A DNA stretch of 64,000 nt from Candidatus Aceula meridiana (GTDB lineage Bacteria; Omnitrophota; Gorgyraeia; Zapsychrales; Aceulaceae): positions 128,038 to 192,037 of the forward strand of contig JAVCDE010000003.1 in assembly GCA_030765185.1 (NCBI GenBank). The letters run 5' to 3'. Both the position numbers and the translations under genes were made by a program. This document shows positions 39,797 to 51,639 of the stretch, in pieces. The notes beneath the pieces are model-generated. The model worked only from the letters and a program-made list of their open reading frames with translations. It was not told where the DNA came from and ran no database searches. How positions within the stretch are numbered: the first letter of the stretch is position 1; the number at the start of each line of letters is the position of its first letter.

Positions 39797-40456
39797 ATGT
39801 TTGCAAAGAAAGTTTATACAAAATTTGTTATCGGCTTTGCCATTATCAGTGCTGCTGTTTTTTTAAATACGGCTGATGCGCTAGCAAAATCACAGCATAA
39901 TAAGGGGCCGCGACAGAGGTCTCGTTATCAGTCCCGCCATCATTACCACCATCCGTATTATGGAAAAAGAATTACGCTTCCTAGGCTTATCGCAAGTTTT
40001 ATTTTTCATGCTGGGGATGAGTATTACTATAGCCACGGCTATTTTTATCAAAAGGCGCCCGGAGGATACATTATTGTTGATGCTCCTATAGGCGCACGCG
40101 TTACCTCTTTGCCGCTTTGCTATAAAAAAATCATCGTAAAAGGAAAGACTTTTTATTGCTACAACAATACTTATTTCCACAGAATCGGTGCCAGATACGT
40201 TGTGGTTTCTGATCCTATTTATCATATCAGCGATCTTGCCAGAGAAGTTAGTGTCATTGAGGTACCCTTCCTGGGAACGAATATTACAACAATCAAGGGC
40301 TCAAACAACAGTTACACAATTCATATTCCTAATATTAACGGGAGCTACACATCTGTGATGCTTGTCAAAAAAGGCAGTAGTTTTATTGGCCCACAAGGAG
40401 AGCATTATGAAAATTTTCCATCCGTCGCACAATTACAGGTTGTATATGGGAATTAA
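39797..40456 (+). CDS. Secreted Tyr/His-rich protein of unknown function
   Basis: Signal peptide (…ADALA), a His/Tyr-rich segment (RHHYHHPYYG) and repeated aromatic Gly-Tyr motifs. Confidence 0.45.
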   Translation: MFAKKVYTKFVIGFAIISAAVFLNTADALAKSQHNKGPRQRSRYQSRHHYHHPYYGKRITLPRLIASFIFHAGDEYYYSHGYFYQKAPGGYIIVDAPIGARVTSLPLCYKKIIVKGKTFYCYNNTYFHRIGARYVVVSDPIYHISDLAREVSVIEVPFLGTNITTIKGSNNSYTIHIPNINGSYTSVMLVKKGSSFIGPQGEHYENFPSVAQLQVVYGN

Positions 40457-40521
40457 TATCGTCATTTTTAAAAAATAGTACACTGCATTTTTTTCAAGAT
40501 ATCTCTCCTTTAAAAAAAATC

Positions 40522-40575
40522 TTGACAAAATATTTCTTTTTGGTATATTTAGCACTCGAAAAGATAGAGTGCTAT
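40522..40575 (+). promoter_or_regulatory. groESL promoter (TTGACA, 16-nt spacer, TATATT) overlapping a CIRCE operator
   Basis: TTAGCACTC-N9-GAGTGCTAT at 40549-40575 matches the CIRCE consensus TTAGCACTC-N9-GAGTGCTAA. Confidence 0.85.
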
Positions 40576-40640
40576 TTTTTATTAGACTCGAAACTTTAGG
40601 CATAGTAACAATCTATAACATTTAAAGGAGGGAAAGTTCT

Positions 40641-40931
40641 ATGAAACTTATACCACTGGCTGACAGAATTATTGTTAAGCCCCTTGAAGCCGAAGAAAAA
40701 ACAAAGGGAGGAATCATTCTCCCGGACACGGCAAAAGAAAAACCTCAAGAAGGCAAAATTGTTGCCGCAGGCAAGGGAAAAGTATTAGAGAACGGAAACG
40801 TTCAGGCTATGGAAGTTAAAGTCGGTGATACTGTGCTTTATGGTAAGTACAGCGGCAGTGAAATTACCACCAAAGAAGGCGAACAGCTTTTGATTATGAA
40901 AGAAGACGACGTTTTAGCGGTTATGAAGTAA
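40641..40931 (+). CDS. groES: Co-chaperonin GroES
   Basis: [14 protein letters not shown]... with the mobile loop. 96 aa. Confidence 0.95.
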   Translation: MKLIPLADRIIVKPLEAEEKTKGGIILPDTAKEKPQEGKIVAAGKGKVLENGNVQAMEVKVGDTVLYGKYSGSEITTKEGEQLLIMKEDDVLAVMK

Positions 40932-40960
40932 TCCTAAAAACAATCTGGTTTTCAGGATGA

Positions 40961-42678
<1,718 letters not shown>

Positions 42679-42679
<1 letters not shown>

Positions 42680-42734
42680 GATTTGAGCGAAGCTCAAATC
42701 CATCCCAGGGTGCGATTTTTGACAAATCGCACCC
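42679..42734 (+). repeat. Two tandem perfect stem-loops directly after the groEL stop
   Basis: GGATTTGAGC-gaa-GCTCAAATCC at 42679-42701 and GGGTGCGATTT-ttgac-AAATCGCACCC at 42708-42734. Neither has a T-tract. Confidence 0.5.
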
Positions 42735-42831
42735 GAGGGATCTCCACTAAGAATGCGAGCTTATACTAAGAAAACCCAAAGGAGTTGTGGGTGAATAAAT
42801 ATCGAAATTTCAGAATAAAGTAAAATAAAAA

Positions 42832-42867
42832 GGGGACAGTTCCTAAGGTAGGAACTGTCCCCTTTTT
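42832..42867 (+). terminator. Strong bidirectional-looking intrinsic terminator
   Basis: GGGGACAGTTCC-taaggta-GGAACTGTCCCC followed by TTTTT and preceded by an A-run. Confidence 0.85.
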
Positions 42868-42997
42868 GCTGAACATTAGAAATATGCACAAGGATAAAGA
42901 TTTTTAAAAAATTTTGAAAAATTTTCCTCGTCTCTTATGATAAAATAAAAAGAGATTTCTTAAAAACACACCCGCGGTTTTACAAAAGGAGGATATC

Positions 42998-43252
42998 ATG
43001 GATGAAAAACAACAAAAACGTCTAAAATTGCTGAATCATCTAAGCGAGGAATTGAAAAAAGTCGAGAAAGAACAACAGGTGACAATTGAGCACTTGGCCA
43101 AAGTTCAGATAGAAGTCCAGGAAACAGGTAAGGAGGTTCTTTCGCAGAAAATTGGAGAGATTTTTTCTAATGCCACGCGCAATACCGAGTTATTGCATGA
43201 AATGCTGCACGAGTTTACCATCGAAATCAATCAGCTAAAACAGGGCGCATAA
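42998..43252 (+). CDS. Small coiled-coil protein of unknown function (84 aa)
   Basis: Heptad-like KE-rich sequence, an RBS AAAGGAGG 6 nt upstream and a TTGAAA-16-TATGAT promoter-like element upstream. Confidence 0.4.
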   Translation: MDEKQQKRLKLLNHLSEELKKVEKEQQVTIEHLAKVQIEVQETGKEVLSQKIGEIFSNATRNTELLHEMLHEFTIEINQLKQGA

Positions 43253-43301
43253 TATTTCAATAATAATTTAAAAAATTTCTAATACAGAAACGGAGGTTTT
43301 A

Positions 43302-43490
43302 ATGGCTACTTATGAATGTTCAAAATGCGGCATGGGCGTAAATGCAACTTGCTCAAAATGTGATGCACCTCTCGTCAATGACAAAATTAATCTTGAAGGA
43401 CAAGAGGTCCAAGTATCTAAATGTCCTAATGAGCATGGTAAAATTAAGTCACCGATGTGTTGTGGCGAGGACATGACTTGTAAGGTTTAA
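43302..43490 (+). CDS. Small Cys-rich metal-binding-like protein (62 aa)
   Basis: C-x2-C-G...C-x2-C...C...H...CC-G pattern (CSKCG, CSKCD, CPNEHG, MCCGEDM). RBS GGAGG upstream. Confidence 0.4.
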   Translation: MATYECSKCGMGVNATCSKCDAPLVNDKINLEGQEVQVSKCPNEHGKIKSPMCCGEDMTCKV

Positions 43491-43500
43491 ATGATCGCAT

Positions 43501-43529
43501 GTTTTATTTCTGGGCCCTTAAACGTACGG
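43501..43529 (+). terminator. Perfect 12-bp GC-clamped hairpin after the two-gene micro-cassette
   Basis: GGGCCCTTAAAC-gtacg-GTTTAAGGGCCC followed by ATTCTTTC (weak U-tract). Confidence 0.45.
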
Positions 43530-43677
43530 TTTAAGGGCCCATTCTTTCACAAAAATAATCCTCTTGACTTTTGGTATATATATCAGTATATTATTAGCTT
43601 AAATATAGCTATGAAAATTACCCCAAAATCTCTTGTATTAGGCTCTAAACTACTTATTTTTAAGGAGGTTACGTAAA

Positions 43678-44838
43678 ATGGCAGAATGGATTGGAATCGG
43701 CCGCAGGGCACGGCGTTGCTACGGATTTGATGATGTTGCTCTTGTTCCGGGCAATATGACAATAAATCCAAACGAAGTAGATGTTTCCTGGTCTCTGGGA
43801 AAAACAAAGTTTAAAACTCCAATCTTGGCTGCTGCCATGGATGGTGTTGTAGGCGTTGATTTTGCGATTGCTATGGGTAAATTAGGAGGTATTGCTGTTC
43901 TTAATTTAGATGGTGTTCAAACACGTTATGATAATCCAACCCAAGTTCTATCTCAAATTGCAGGGGCGACCCCTGAAGAAGCCACTAAGCTCGTTCAGAG
44001 TCTTTACTTAAAACCTATTAAAGAAAAACTTATTGTCAAACGCGTTAAGGCAATTAAAAAAGCTAAAGTTCCTGCTATCGTTAGCTGTATTCCTCAAAAT
44101 GCAGCCCGATTTGGCGCAATCGCGCAAGAAGCAGGATGTGATATGTTTGTCGTTCAATCAACCGTTGCCACTGTTAAACACGTTGCCAGTGAATACAAAG
44201 TTTTAGATATCAAGAAATTTTTAAAGCAGATGAAAATTCCTATTATCATGGGAAATTCTGTCACCTATGAAGTTGCTTTAGAGCTGATGGAAGAAGGCGT
44301 TGACGGACTCTTAGTCGGCATTGGTCCGGGAGCAGCATGTACCACGCGCGGTGTTTTAGGTATTGGTGTCCCGCAGATTACAACGACTGTTGATAGCGCT
44401 GCCGCACGTGATCATTATTTTAAGAGAAAAGGAAAATACGTTCCGATTATCACCGATGGCGGCATGCGAATCGGAGGAGAAATTTGTAAAGCCTTTGCCG
44501 CTGGCGCTGATGCTGTTATGGTAGGTTCTGCTTTTGCAAAGGCCAAAGAAGCTCCTGGTGGCGGTTATCACTGGGGCATGGCCACATCAAATGCAAATCT
44601 GCCACGAGGAACGCGAGTTAAAGTTGGAACTTCAGGAACTCTAAAACAGATTTTATTAGGGCCGGCTAAAGTTGATGACGGTTCACAGAATCTCGTTGGC
44701 GCACTTAGGACTTCCATGGGATCTTTAGGCGCTTCGAATATTAAAGAAATGCAGGATGTTGAGGTTATTATTGCGCCTTCAATTCAAACAGAGGGAAAAG
44801 TTTTTCAAATCGGTCAAAAGATCGGAATGGGTAAATAA
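43678..44838 (+). CDS. guaB: IMP dehydrogenase family protein lacking the CBS/Bateman subdomain
   Basis: Catalytic loop GIGPGAACTTRGVLGIGVPQ with the active-site Cys. 386 aa, so there is no room for CBS pairs. Directly upstream of guaA. Confidence 0.7.
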   Translation: MAEWIGIGRRARRCYGFDDVALVPGNMTINPNEVDVSWSLGKTKFKTPILAAAMDGVVGVDFAIAMGKLGGIAVLNLDGVQTRYDNPTQVLSQIAGATPEEATKLVQSLYLKPIKEKLIVKRVKAIKKAKVPAIVSCIPQNAARFGAIAQEAGCDMFVVQSTVATVKHVASEYKVLDIKKFLKQMKIPIIMGNSVTYEVALELMEEGVDGLLVGIGPGAACTTRGVLGIGVPQITTTVDSAAARDHYFKRKGKYVPIITDGGMRIGGEICKAFAAGADAVMVGSAFAKAKEAPGGGYHWGMATSNANLPRGTRVKVGTSGTLKQILLGPAKVDDGSQNLVGALRTSMGSLGASNIKEMQDVEVIIAPSIQTEGKVFQIGQKIGMGK

Positions 44839-44862
44839 AAAAAAGGAAATAGGAATTTTATT

Positions 44863-46407
44863 ATGAGAAATAGAGATATTATTCTGGTTTTAGATTTTGG
44901 TTCGCAATATACACAGCTTATTGCGCGGCGTATTCGTGAAAGCAAAGTGTTTAGTCGGATTGTTCCTTACAATATTTCGATCGAGGAGATTAAGAAAATT
45001 AATCCTAAAGGGTTGATCTTCTCCGGCGGGCCAATGAGCGTTTATGATAAAGGCGCACCTTTGCCTAAAAAAGAAATTTTTAAACTCAAAGTTCCTATTT
45101 TAGGTATCTGCTATGGTGCGCAATTGATTACTCATATGCTGGGAGGCAAGGTTAAGAAAACCGATGAGCGTGAATACGGACGTGCTGAACTTTTTATTGA
45201 TGCCCCTAAGGATATTTTCTTTAATCTTCCAAGCAATTTAACTTGTTGGATGAGCCATGGCGATGAGATTAAGAAAGTTCCTGATGGATTTAAAGCAATT
45301 GCCCATACGCTTTCAACGCCGGTTGCAGGATTTTCTGAAAGAAGAAAAAAGATTTATGCTGTTCAGTTTCACCCTGAAGTCGTACATACTCAGAGGGGAA
45401 ATCAGATTTTAGCGAATTTTCTTTTTCAGATATGTGGATGTTTGCCTCGCTGGACTATGGATAAGCTCGTTAAGCAGCAAATTAAAGAAATTAAAGAAAT
45501 TGTTAAAGACAAGCAAGTGGTGATGGGATTAAGCGGGGGAGTTGATTCATCCGTTGCTGCTGTTTTAATTAACCAAGCCATTGGAAAAAGATTGCATTGT
45601 ATTTTTGTTGATAATGGTGTGTTGCGCAAGAATGAGGTTACTTCTGTGCAGCGTACATTTAAAAATCATTTTAAAATGAACCTCCAAGTTATTGATGCGC
45701 AAAAGCGCTTTTTAACAAGGTTGAAGAATGTGACCGATCCAGAGCAAAAGCGGAAAATTATTGGTGATGAGTTTATTAAAGTTTTTCAGGAAGTCGCGAA
45801 AAGAAAGAAAAAGGTTGAGTTCTTAGGTCAAGGTACACTTTATCCTGATGTGATTGAATCTTCATCGCCTTTGGGCGGGCCATCCGTTATGATTAAGAGT
45901 CATCACAATGTTGGTGGATTGCCTAAACGTATGAAATTAAAATTGATTGAGCCGTTTCGCGAATTATTTAAAGATGAAGTTCGTCAAATTGGAAAATATT
46001 TAGGTGTTCCTGAAAATATTGTTAAACGTCAACCGTTCCCGGGCCCAGGTCTAGCGATTCGTATTGTTGGTGAAGTTACCAAAGAGAGATTAGAGATTAT
46101 TCGTGAAGCTGATGAGCGTGTTTTAGAAGAAATTCGTAAGGCCGGGCTTTATGATGAAATTTGGCAATCATTTGCTGTGCTTTTGCCTATTAAGTCCGTC
46201 GGTGTCATGGGTGATAAAAGAACTTATGAAAATGCCATTGCTGTTAGATGTGTGAACAGTGTTGATGGGATGACTGCGGACTGGGTTACCCTGCCACCGG
46301 ATCTTTTAGCGAAAATTGCCAATCGCATTATAAACGAAGTTCCCGGCGTTAATCGTGTTGTCTATGATATTAGTTCAAAACCTCCTGCCACAATTGAGTG
46401 GGAGTAA
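44863..46407 (+). CDS. guaA: GMP synthase (glutamine-hydrolysing)
   Basis: N-terminal class I glutamine amidotransferase (Cys in GICYGAQL), PP-loop SGGVDSSV and C-terminal dimerisation domain. Confidence 0.9.
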   Translation: MRNRDIILVLDFGSQYTQLIARRIRESKVFSRIVPYNISIEEIKKINPKGLIFSGGPMSVYDKGAPLPKKEIFKLKVPILGICYGAQLITHMLGGKVKKTDEREYGRAELFIDAPKDIFFNLPSNLTCWMSHGDEIKKVPDGFKAIAHTLSTPVAGFSERRKKIYAVQFHPEVVHTQRGNQILANFLFQICGCLPRWTMDKLVKQQIKEIKEIVKDKQVVMGLSGGVDSSVAAVLINQAIGKRLHCIFVDNGVLRKNEVTSVQRTFKNHFKMNLQVIDAQKRFLTRLKNVTDPEQKRKIIGDEFIKVFQEVAKRKKKVEFLGQGTLYPDVIESSSPLGGPSVMIKSHHNVGGLPKRMKLKLIEPFRELFKDEVRQIGKYLGVPENIVKRQPFPGPGLAIRIVGEVTKERLEIIREADERVLEEIRKAGLYDEIWQSFAVLLPIKSVGVMGDKRTYENAIAVRCVNSVDGMTADWVTLPPDLLAKIANRIINEVPGVNRVVYDISSKPPATIEWE

Positions 46408-46480
46408 TCAAAGACATAAAGCCACAAGTTATAGGCTTTAAGCTTAGAGCTTATCGTTTGCGGCTTACAATTTGTGCAAT

Positions 46481-49400
46481 ATGAGTTACCATTCGGATTT
46501 TGTCCATCTTCATGTCCATACCCAGTTTAGCCTCCTCGATGGGGCTTGTCGCGTAAAAGACCTTCTTAAAAAAGCTGCTGATTACCACATGCCGGCTTTA
46601 GCTATGTCTGATCATGGCAACATGTTCGGCGCGATTAATTTTTATCAAACTGCTATCCAATATGGCGTTAAGCCGATTATCGGATGCGAATGCTATGTCG
46701 CGCCGGAAAGTCGATTCGAAAAAAAACCTAATTCACAAAAAAAGGGAATGAGCCATCTTGTTTTATTTGCTAAAGATGAGCAGGGCTATAAAAATTTGAT
46801 GAAACTTGTTTCTATGGCTTATTTAGAAGGCTTTTATTATAAGCCTCGCATGGATAAAGAAATTTTGTCTCAATATCATGAAGGCCTTATCGCTACATCA
46901 GCATGTCTTCGAGGTGAGGTTGCTCAAGCTATTCGTTTTGAAAATTTTAATGCAGCTCTTAAGACTGCTGACAATCTTCAGCAGATTTTTGGCAAAGGAA
47001 ATTTCTATCTGGAGCTTATGGATCATGGCATCGAAGAACAGAAAACTGTAAACGATGGTCTTATTAAAGTTGGTAAAGAATTAGATATCGGTGTTGTGGC
47101 AACTAACGATGTTCATTATCTTGAAAAGAATCAGGCCTCAGCGCATGAAGCTTTGCTATGCGTTCAGACACAGACAACACTTGATGATCCTAGACACATG
47201 CGTATGTCTACGGATGAATTTTATTTTAAAAGTCCAGATGAGATGAAAGCGATTTTTGGTCATATTCCTGGAGCTATTGAAAATACTATCGAAATTGCTG
47301 AGAAATGTAATCTGGAACTTAGCTTTGATAAAATTCACCTACCTCGTTATGACCCACCCACAGGAGAAACTAAAGAAAATTATTTACGTGATTTATGCGA
47401 GGATGGAATTAAGCGTCGTTTTAAAGAGAAGACTCAAGAAGCCAGTGAGCGTTTAGAATATGAACTTTCAACCATTGAAAAGATGGGATTTGTGAGCTAC
47501 TTTTTGATTGTTTGGGACTTTATTCATTTTGCTAAACAAAACGGAATTCCTGTGGGTCCGGGACGAGGATCAGCGGCTGGAAGCTTGGTTAGTTATCTGC
47601 TTGGCATCACCGACTTAGACCCTTTGCGCTATGGTTTGCTTTTTGAAAGATTTCTTAATCCGGAACGCATTGGAATGCCTGATATTGATATTGATTTTTG
47701 TTATGAGCGTCGTCCAGAAGTTATCGAGTATGTTACCAATAAATACGGTAAAGATTCGGTAGCACAGATTATTACTTTTGGAACTATGCAGGCTAGGGCT
47801 GCGATTCGCGATGTCGGACGCGTTATGAGCATGCCGTATGCTGATGTTGATAAGATCGCAAAACTTATTCCACACGAGCTTAATATCAAGCTAAAGAGTG
47901 CGCTTGAGCAAGAACCGCAGTTGCTTAAGCTTTGCAAGGAAGATGGGCAAGTTGCCAAACTCATCGAGACGGCACAAGTTTTAGAAGGCCTCAATCGTCA
48001 CGCATCAATTCACGCTGCCGGTGTTGTTATCTCTGATAAGCCGCTTACCGAGCATGTGCCGCTCTATAAGACGAGTGATGATCAAGTTACCACTGGGTAT
48101 TCTATGGACGGTATTGCCAAGATCGGCCTTTTGAAAATGGATTTCTTAGGCCTTAAAACTTTGACGGTTATCGATAAAGCTTTAAAGCTTGTTAAAGAAA
48201 ATCATGGAATTGATTTAACGGTTGAAGATTTTCCTCCGGGAGATAAAAAAACATTTGATCTTTTATCTAAGGCAAATAGTTTTGGTATTTTTCAGCTGGA
48301 AAGTTCGGGGATGAGGGAACTTTTAAAACGCATTAAGCCTACGGAGTTTGAAGATTTGATTACGATTTTGGCTCTTTACCGTCCAGGCCCTATTGGTAGT
48401 GGAATGCTTGATGATTATATTCAGCGAAAACGTGATGGCATTAGCATTCGTTATGATCATCCAAAACTTGAGCCTATTCTAAAAGAGACCTATGGCATTA
48501 TTGTTTTTCAGGAACAGGTTATGAAAATCCCAGCCGAATTGGCTGGATTTTCAATGACGCAATCAGACCATCTTAGGCGTGCGATGAGCAAAAAGATTCC
48601 AAACGTCATGAACAAGATGCGTGTTGATTTTATCACTGGATGTAAAAAGACATCACAGATTAAAGAGGGACTGGCTAACAAGATTTTTGATTTGATCGAT
48701 TATTTTTCAGGTTATGGATTTAATCGTAGCCATTCGGCAGCTTATGCTCTTATTTCTTATCGTACGGCATATCTTAAAGCTAACTTTCCTATTGAATTTA
48801 TGTGTGCGCTTTTAACCTCTGAAAAAGATAATACAGATAAAATTGTTGAATATGTTAAGGAGTCTGAGGCAATGGGGATTAAGGTTTTGCCTCCGGATGT
48901 TAATAAGAGCAGGTTAGAATTTGGCGTTGAGGATGATAAGTGCATTCGCTTTGGATTGATTGCGGTTAAAAATATTGGAGGAGCCGCTATTGAGTCTGTC
49001 ATAGAAAGAAGAAAAGACGGGCCATTTATAAATATTTTTGATTTTTGCAAGCGTGTAGATTTACGTACAGCTAACAGGAAGGTTTTGGAGAGTTTAATTC
49101 GATGCGGAGCTTTTGATTCTTTTGAAGGCCATCGTGCTCAAATGATGAAGGCTGTGGATAATGCTCTTGAATCTGGGGCACGGGCTCAGAAGGAAAGAGC
49201 TACTGGCCAGTTTTCTCTTTTTGACATGGAGGGGATGGAAGATTTTCAGAGCGGCGTAGAGACCTTGCCGACTGTTAAGGAATGGGCAAAGATGAAAGCC
49301 TTAGCAGATGAGAAGGAATTGTTAGGGTTTTATGTTTCGGGGCATCCTTTGGCGCATTATCAGGTTGAGATTAAAGAATTTACAGAATATTCGACCAAAG

Positions 49401-49918
49401 ATCTTTATAGGGCCACAGATGGGCAAGAGGTCAAGCTTATTGGGCTTATTAATCATGTGAAGAAGACAAATACGCGGCGCACAGGTGAGCGTATGGCCAT
49501 TATTCAATTTGAGGATATGGAAGGTGAGGTTGAGGGCGTTGTTTTTCCGTCAACGTATGAGGCGATCTCAGGCTATCTTGAAGATGGATCTGTGGTAGTT
49601 TTAGTTGGCAAGGTGAGCTTTCGCGATGAGGCTCCTAAGCTTATAGTCAATGATATTAAAAATGTTAAAGAGTCTTATCAGAGCATTAAGACTATAAAAA
49701 TTGATTTATCAGGGGTAGGAGAGTCCGGATTAGAGAAATTAAAGAATCGGCTTGAGCATTTTCCAGGAAAAGTTCCGGTTTATCTACATTTAAATACGAA
49801 TTCGCATAAAAGCGTTCAAATTTTGGTAGGCCAAGACCTTTATGTGGATCCTAGTGAAGCTTTAATGGATGATTTAAAGGACTTGCTGGGTGCAGAGCGT
49901 ATCTCGTTGCAGATCTAA
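46481..49918 (+). CDS. dnaE: DNA polymerase III alpha subunit
   Basis: N-terminal PHP domain (FVHLHVHTQFSLLDGA), polymerase core and an OB fold. The ORF track begins at an upstream TTG at 46472; the first ATG is at 46481. Confidence 0.9.
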   Translation: MSYHSDFVHLHVHTQFSLLDGACRVKDLLKKAADYHMPALAMSDHGNMFGAINFYQTAIQYGVKPIIGCECYVAPESRFEKKPNSQKKGMSHLVLFAKDEQGYKNLMKLVSMAYLEGFYYKPRMDKEILSQYHEGLIATSACLRGEVAQAIRFENFNAALKTADNLQQIFGKGNFYLELMDHGIEEQKTVNDGLIKVGKELDIGVVATNDVHYLEKNQASAHEALLCVQTQTTLDDPRHMRMSTDEFYFKSPDEMKAIFGHIPGAIENTIEIAEKCNLELSFDKIHLPRYDPPTGETKENYLRDLCEDGIKRRFKEKTQEASERLEYELSTIEKMGFVSYFLIVWDFIHFAKQNGIPVGPGRGSAAGSLVSYLLGITDLDPLRYGLLFERFLNPERIGMPDIDIDFCYERRPEVIEYVTNKYGKDSVAQIITFGTMQARAAIRDVGRVMSMPYADVDKIAKLIPHELNIKLKSALEQEPQLLKLCKEDGQVAKLIETAQVLEGLNRHASIHAAGVVISDKPLTEHVPLYKTSDDQVTTGYSMDGIAKIGLLKMDFLGLKTLTVIDKALKLVKENHGIDLTVEDFPPGDKKTFDLLSKANSFGIFQLESSGMRELLKRIKPTEFEDLITILALYRPGPIGSGMLDDYIQRKRDGISIRYDHPKLEPILKETYGIIVFQEQVMKIPAELAGFSMTQSDHLRRAMSKKIPNVMNKMRVDFITGCKKTSQIKEGLANKIFDLIDYFSGYGFNRSHSAAYALISYRTAYLKANFPIEFMCALLTSEKDNTDKIVEYVKESEAMGIKVLPPDVNKSRLEFGVEDDKCIRFGLIAVKNIGGAAIESVIERRKDGPFINIFDFCKRVDLRTANRKVLESLIRCGAFDSFEGHRAQMMKAVDNALESGARAQKERATGQFSLFDMEGMEDFQSGVETLPTVKEWAKMKALADEKELLGFYVSGHPLAHYQVEIKEFTEYSTKDLYRATDGQEVKLIGLINHVKKTNTRRTGERMAIIQFEDMEGEVEGVVFPSTYEAISGYLEDGSVVVLVGKVSFRDEAPKLIVNDIKNVKESYQSIKTIKIDLSGVGESGLEKLKNRLEHFPGKVPVYLHLNTNSHKSVQILVGQDLYVDPSEALMDDLKDLLGAERISLQI

Positions 49919-49981
49919 TTTTTTATCTTGACACTCTAAGTCATTGTTGATACGATACTTAGCGACTAGGAGGTGAATTTT

Positions 49982-50254
49982 ATGACCAAGAAAGATATTG
50001 TTTTACGCATTACTGACATGACAGGCATCAAACAGGTTGATGTTAAAAAAGTTGTTCAAAAAACATTTGATGTTATTGTTGAGAGTTTAACCCGCAATGA
50101 AAAGGTGGAACTTCGGAATTTTGGTGTTTTTAAAATTAAAGAACGACGAGCTCGTTTCGGAAGAAATCCCCGTACAGGAGAGAGCGTTCCTGTTCCCCCA
50201 AGAAAAGTTGTTGTGTTCAAGCCTGGGCTTGAAATGAAGCAGAAAATTCGATAA
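49982..50254 (+). CDS. hup: HU/IHF-family DNA-binding protein
   Basis: MTKKDIV... and the arm motif RNPRTGE. The ORF track starts 9 nt upstream at 49973. Confidence 0.85.
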   Translation: MTKKDIVLRITDMTGIKQVDVKKVVQKTFDVIVESLTRNEKVELRNFGVFKIKERRARFGRNPRTGESVPVPPRKVVVFKPGLEMKQKIR

Positions 50255-50280
50255 TTATACGATTATCTATAAATATTAGT

Positions 50281-50316
50281 AAAGGGCGGAAGAACAAGTT
50301 CTTCCGCCCTTTACTC
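50281..50316 (+). terminator. Intrinsic terminator after hup
   Basis: AAAGGGCGGAAGAAC-aag-TTCTTCCGCCCTTT followed by ACTCCTT. An A-run upstream suggests it acts bidirectionally. Confidence 0.8.
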
Positions 50317-50343
50317 CTTAATAAAAATGAAAAAAAAGATTTT

Positions 50344-51639
50344 ATGAGTAAGTCAAAATTTTTAGCTCCTAGAGGTACGTCAGATATTCTTCCCTCACAA
50401 GCCATTGTATGGCAAGAACTCGAGTCAAAAGCTCGAGAACTTTTCTGTCTATATAATTACCGTGAGATTCGAACTCCTATTTTTGAAGAAATTGAGCTTT
50501 TTGCCCGTTCTATGGGCCAGGCTAGCGATATTGTTGAAAAGCAAATGCTAACACTTGAAAAGAATAAAAGAGAAGGTGAGGATGGCATTGGCAAGAAAAG
50601 TTACGCATTGCGTCCTGAAGGCACTGCTTCTGTTGTACGTGCTTATATTGAAAATAATTTAGATAAAAAAGAAAGCCTTTCAAAGTTATTTTATATCGGT
50701 CCGATGTTCCGCGGCGAGCGCCCTCAAAAAGGACGGTTACGTCAATTTTCTCAAATAGGCGCAGAAGCTATTGGTGTGCAAAGCGCGACACCTTTTTTAG
50801 ATGCGGAAATGATTGCCTTAAGCGTTAATTTGCTTAAAGCTTTTGGCATTGAGGACTACACTTTAAAGTTAAATAGCTTGGGCACGCCAAAAGATAAAGA
50901 GAAATTTGCTTCCAGCTTGCGTGCTAAGTTAGGCGTAAAAAAAGAATCACTCTGTCAGACTTGTCAGAAAAGATTTGAAAAGAATATTTTTCGTGTTTTA
51001 GATTGCAAAAACAAAAATTGCCAAGAGATTGTCTCTGCCTTGAAGATTAGTAATGATTATTTGTCTAAAGAGAGCCAAGAATATTTTAATTTGGTAATAG
51101 GCTCCTTAGATAAGATGAGTATTCAATATCAAAAGATGCCAACTTTGGTGAGAGGGCTTGATTATTACACGCAAACGGTTTTTGAAATTACTTCTAAAAG
51201 CTTAGGCAGCCAAGATGCCCTAGGCGCCGGAGGACGGTATAACAATTTAGTTCAAGACTTAGGTGGCAGTGGCGATGTTGAAGCGATTGGTTTTTCTTTA
51301 GGTGTCGAGCGTATTTTGTTGGCTTTAGATGATCAGGAAATATCTAATAAACCTTTGGACATTTATGCCGTTGCCTTTGATAATAAAGCTTTCGAAAAAG
51401 CCTTCGAGGTGTTAGGTGTTTTACGCGCTCAAGGCATTTGTTGTGATATTAATTATCGCGCGGGCTCTGTCAAAAGTCAGATGCGTGCTGCCGATAAATC
51501 AGGAACAAGATACGTTATGATTTTAGGTGAAGATGAAATGAAAAAAAGCATTGCCACGTTAAAAGACATGCAGTCTGGCACTCAAGAAGAAGTTGCTCTT
51601 AATAATGTTGCGGATTGGATAAAAGCAAAATCATGCTAA
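50344..51639 (+). CDS. hisS: Histidyl-tRNA synthetase
   Basis: Class II aaRS motifs 1-3 and the HisRS-specific segments (RPEGTASVVRAY, GGRYNNL). C-terminal anticodon-binding domain. Confidence 0.9.
   Translation: MSKSKFLAPRGTSDILPSQAIVWQELESKARELFCLYNYREIRTPIFEEIELFARSMGQASDIVEKQMLTLEKNKREGEDGIGKKSYALRPEGTASVVRAYIENNLDKKESLSKLFYIGPMFRGERPQKGRLRQFSQIGAEAIGVQSATPFLDAEMIALSVNLLKAFGIEDYTLKLNSLGTPKDKEKFASSLRAKLGVKKESLCQTCQKRFEKNIFRVLDCKNKNCQEIVSALKISNDYLSKESQEYFNLVIGSLDKMSIQYQKMPTLVRGLDYYTQTVFEITSKSLGSQDALGAGGRYNNLVQDLGGSGDVEAIGFSLGVERILLALDDQEISNKPLDIYAVAFDNKAFEKAFEVLGVLRAQGICCDINYRAGSVKSQMRAADKSGTRYVMILGEDEMKKSIATLKDMQSGTQEEVALNNVADWIKAKSC

Noticed and set aside
46472-46480. TTG start giving MCNM... 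N-terminus for dnaE
   Set aside because: The ATG at 46481 gives the canonical PHP-domain start (MSYHSDFVHLHVHT). The upstream TTG is likely spurious.
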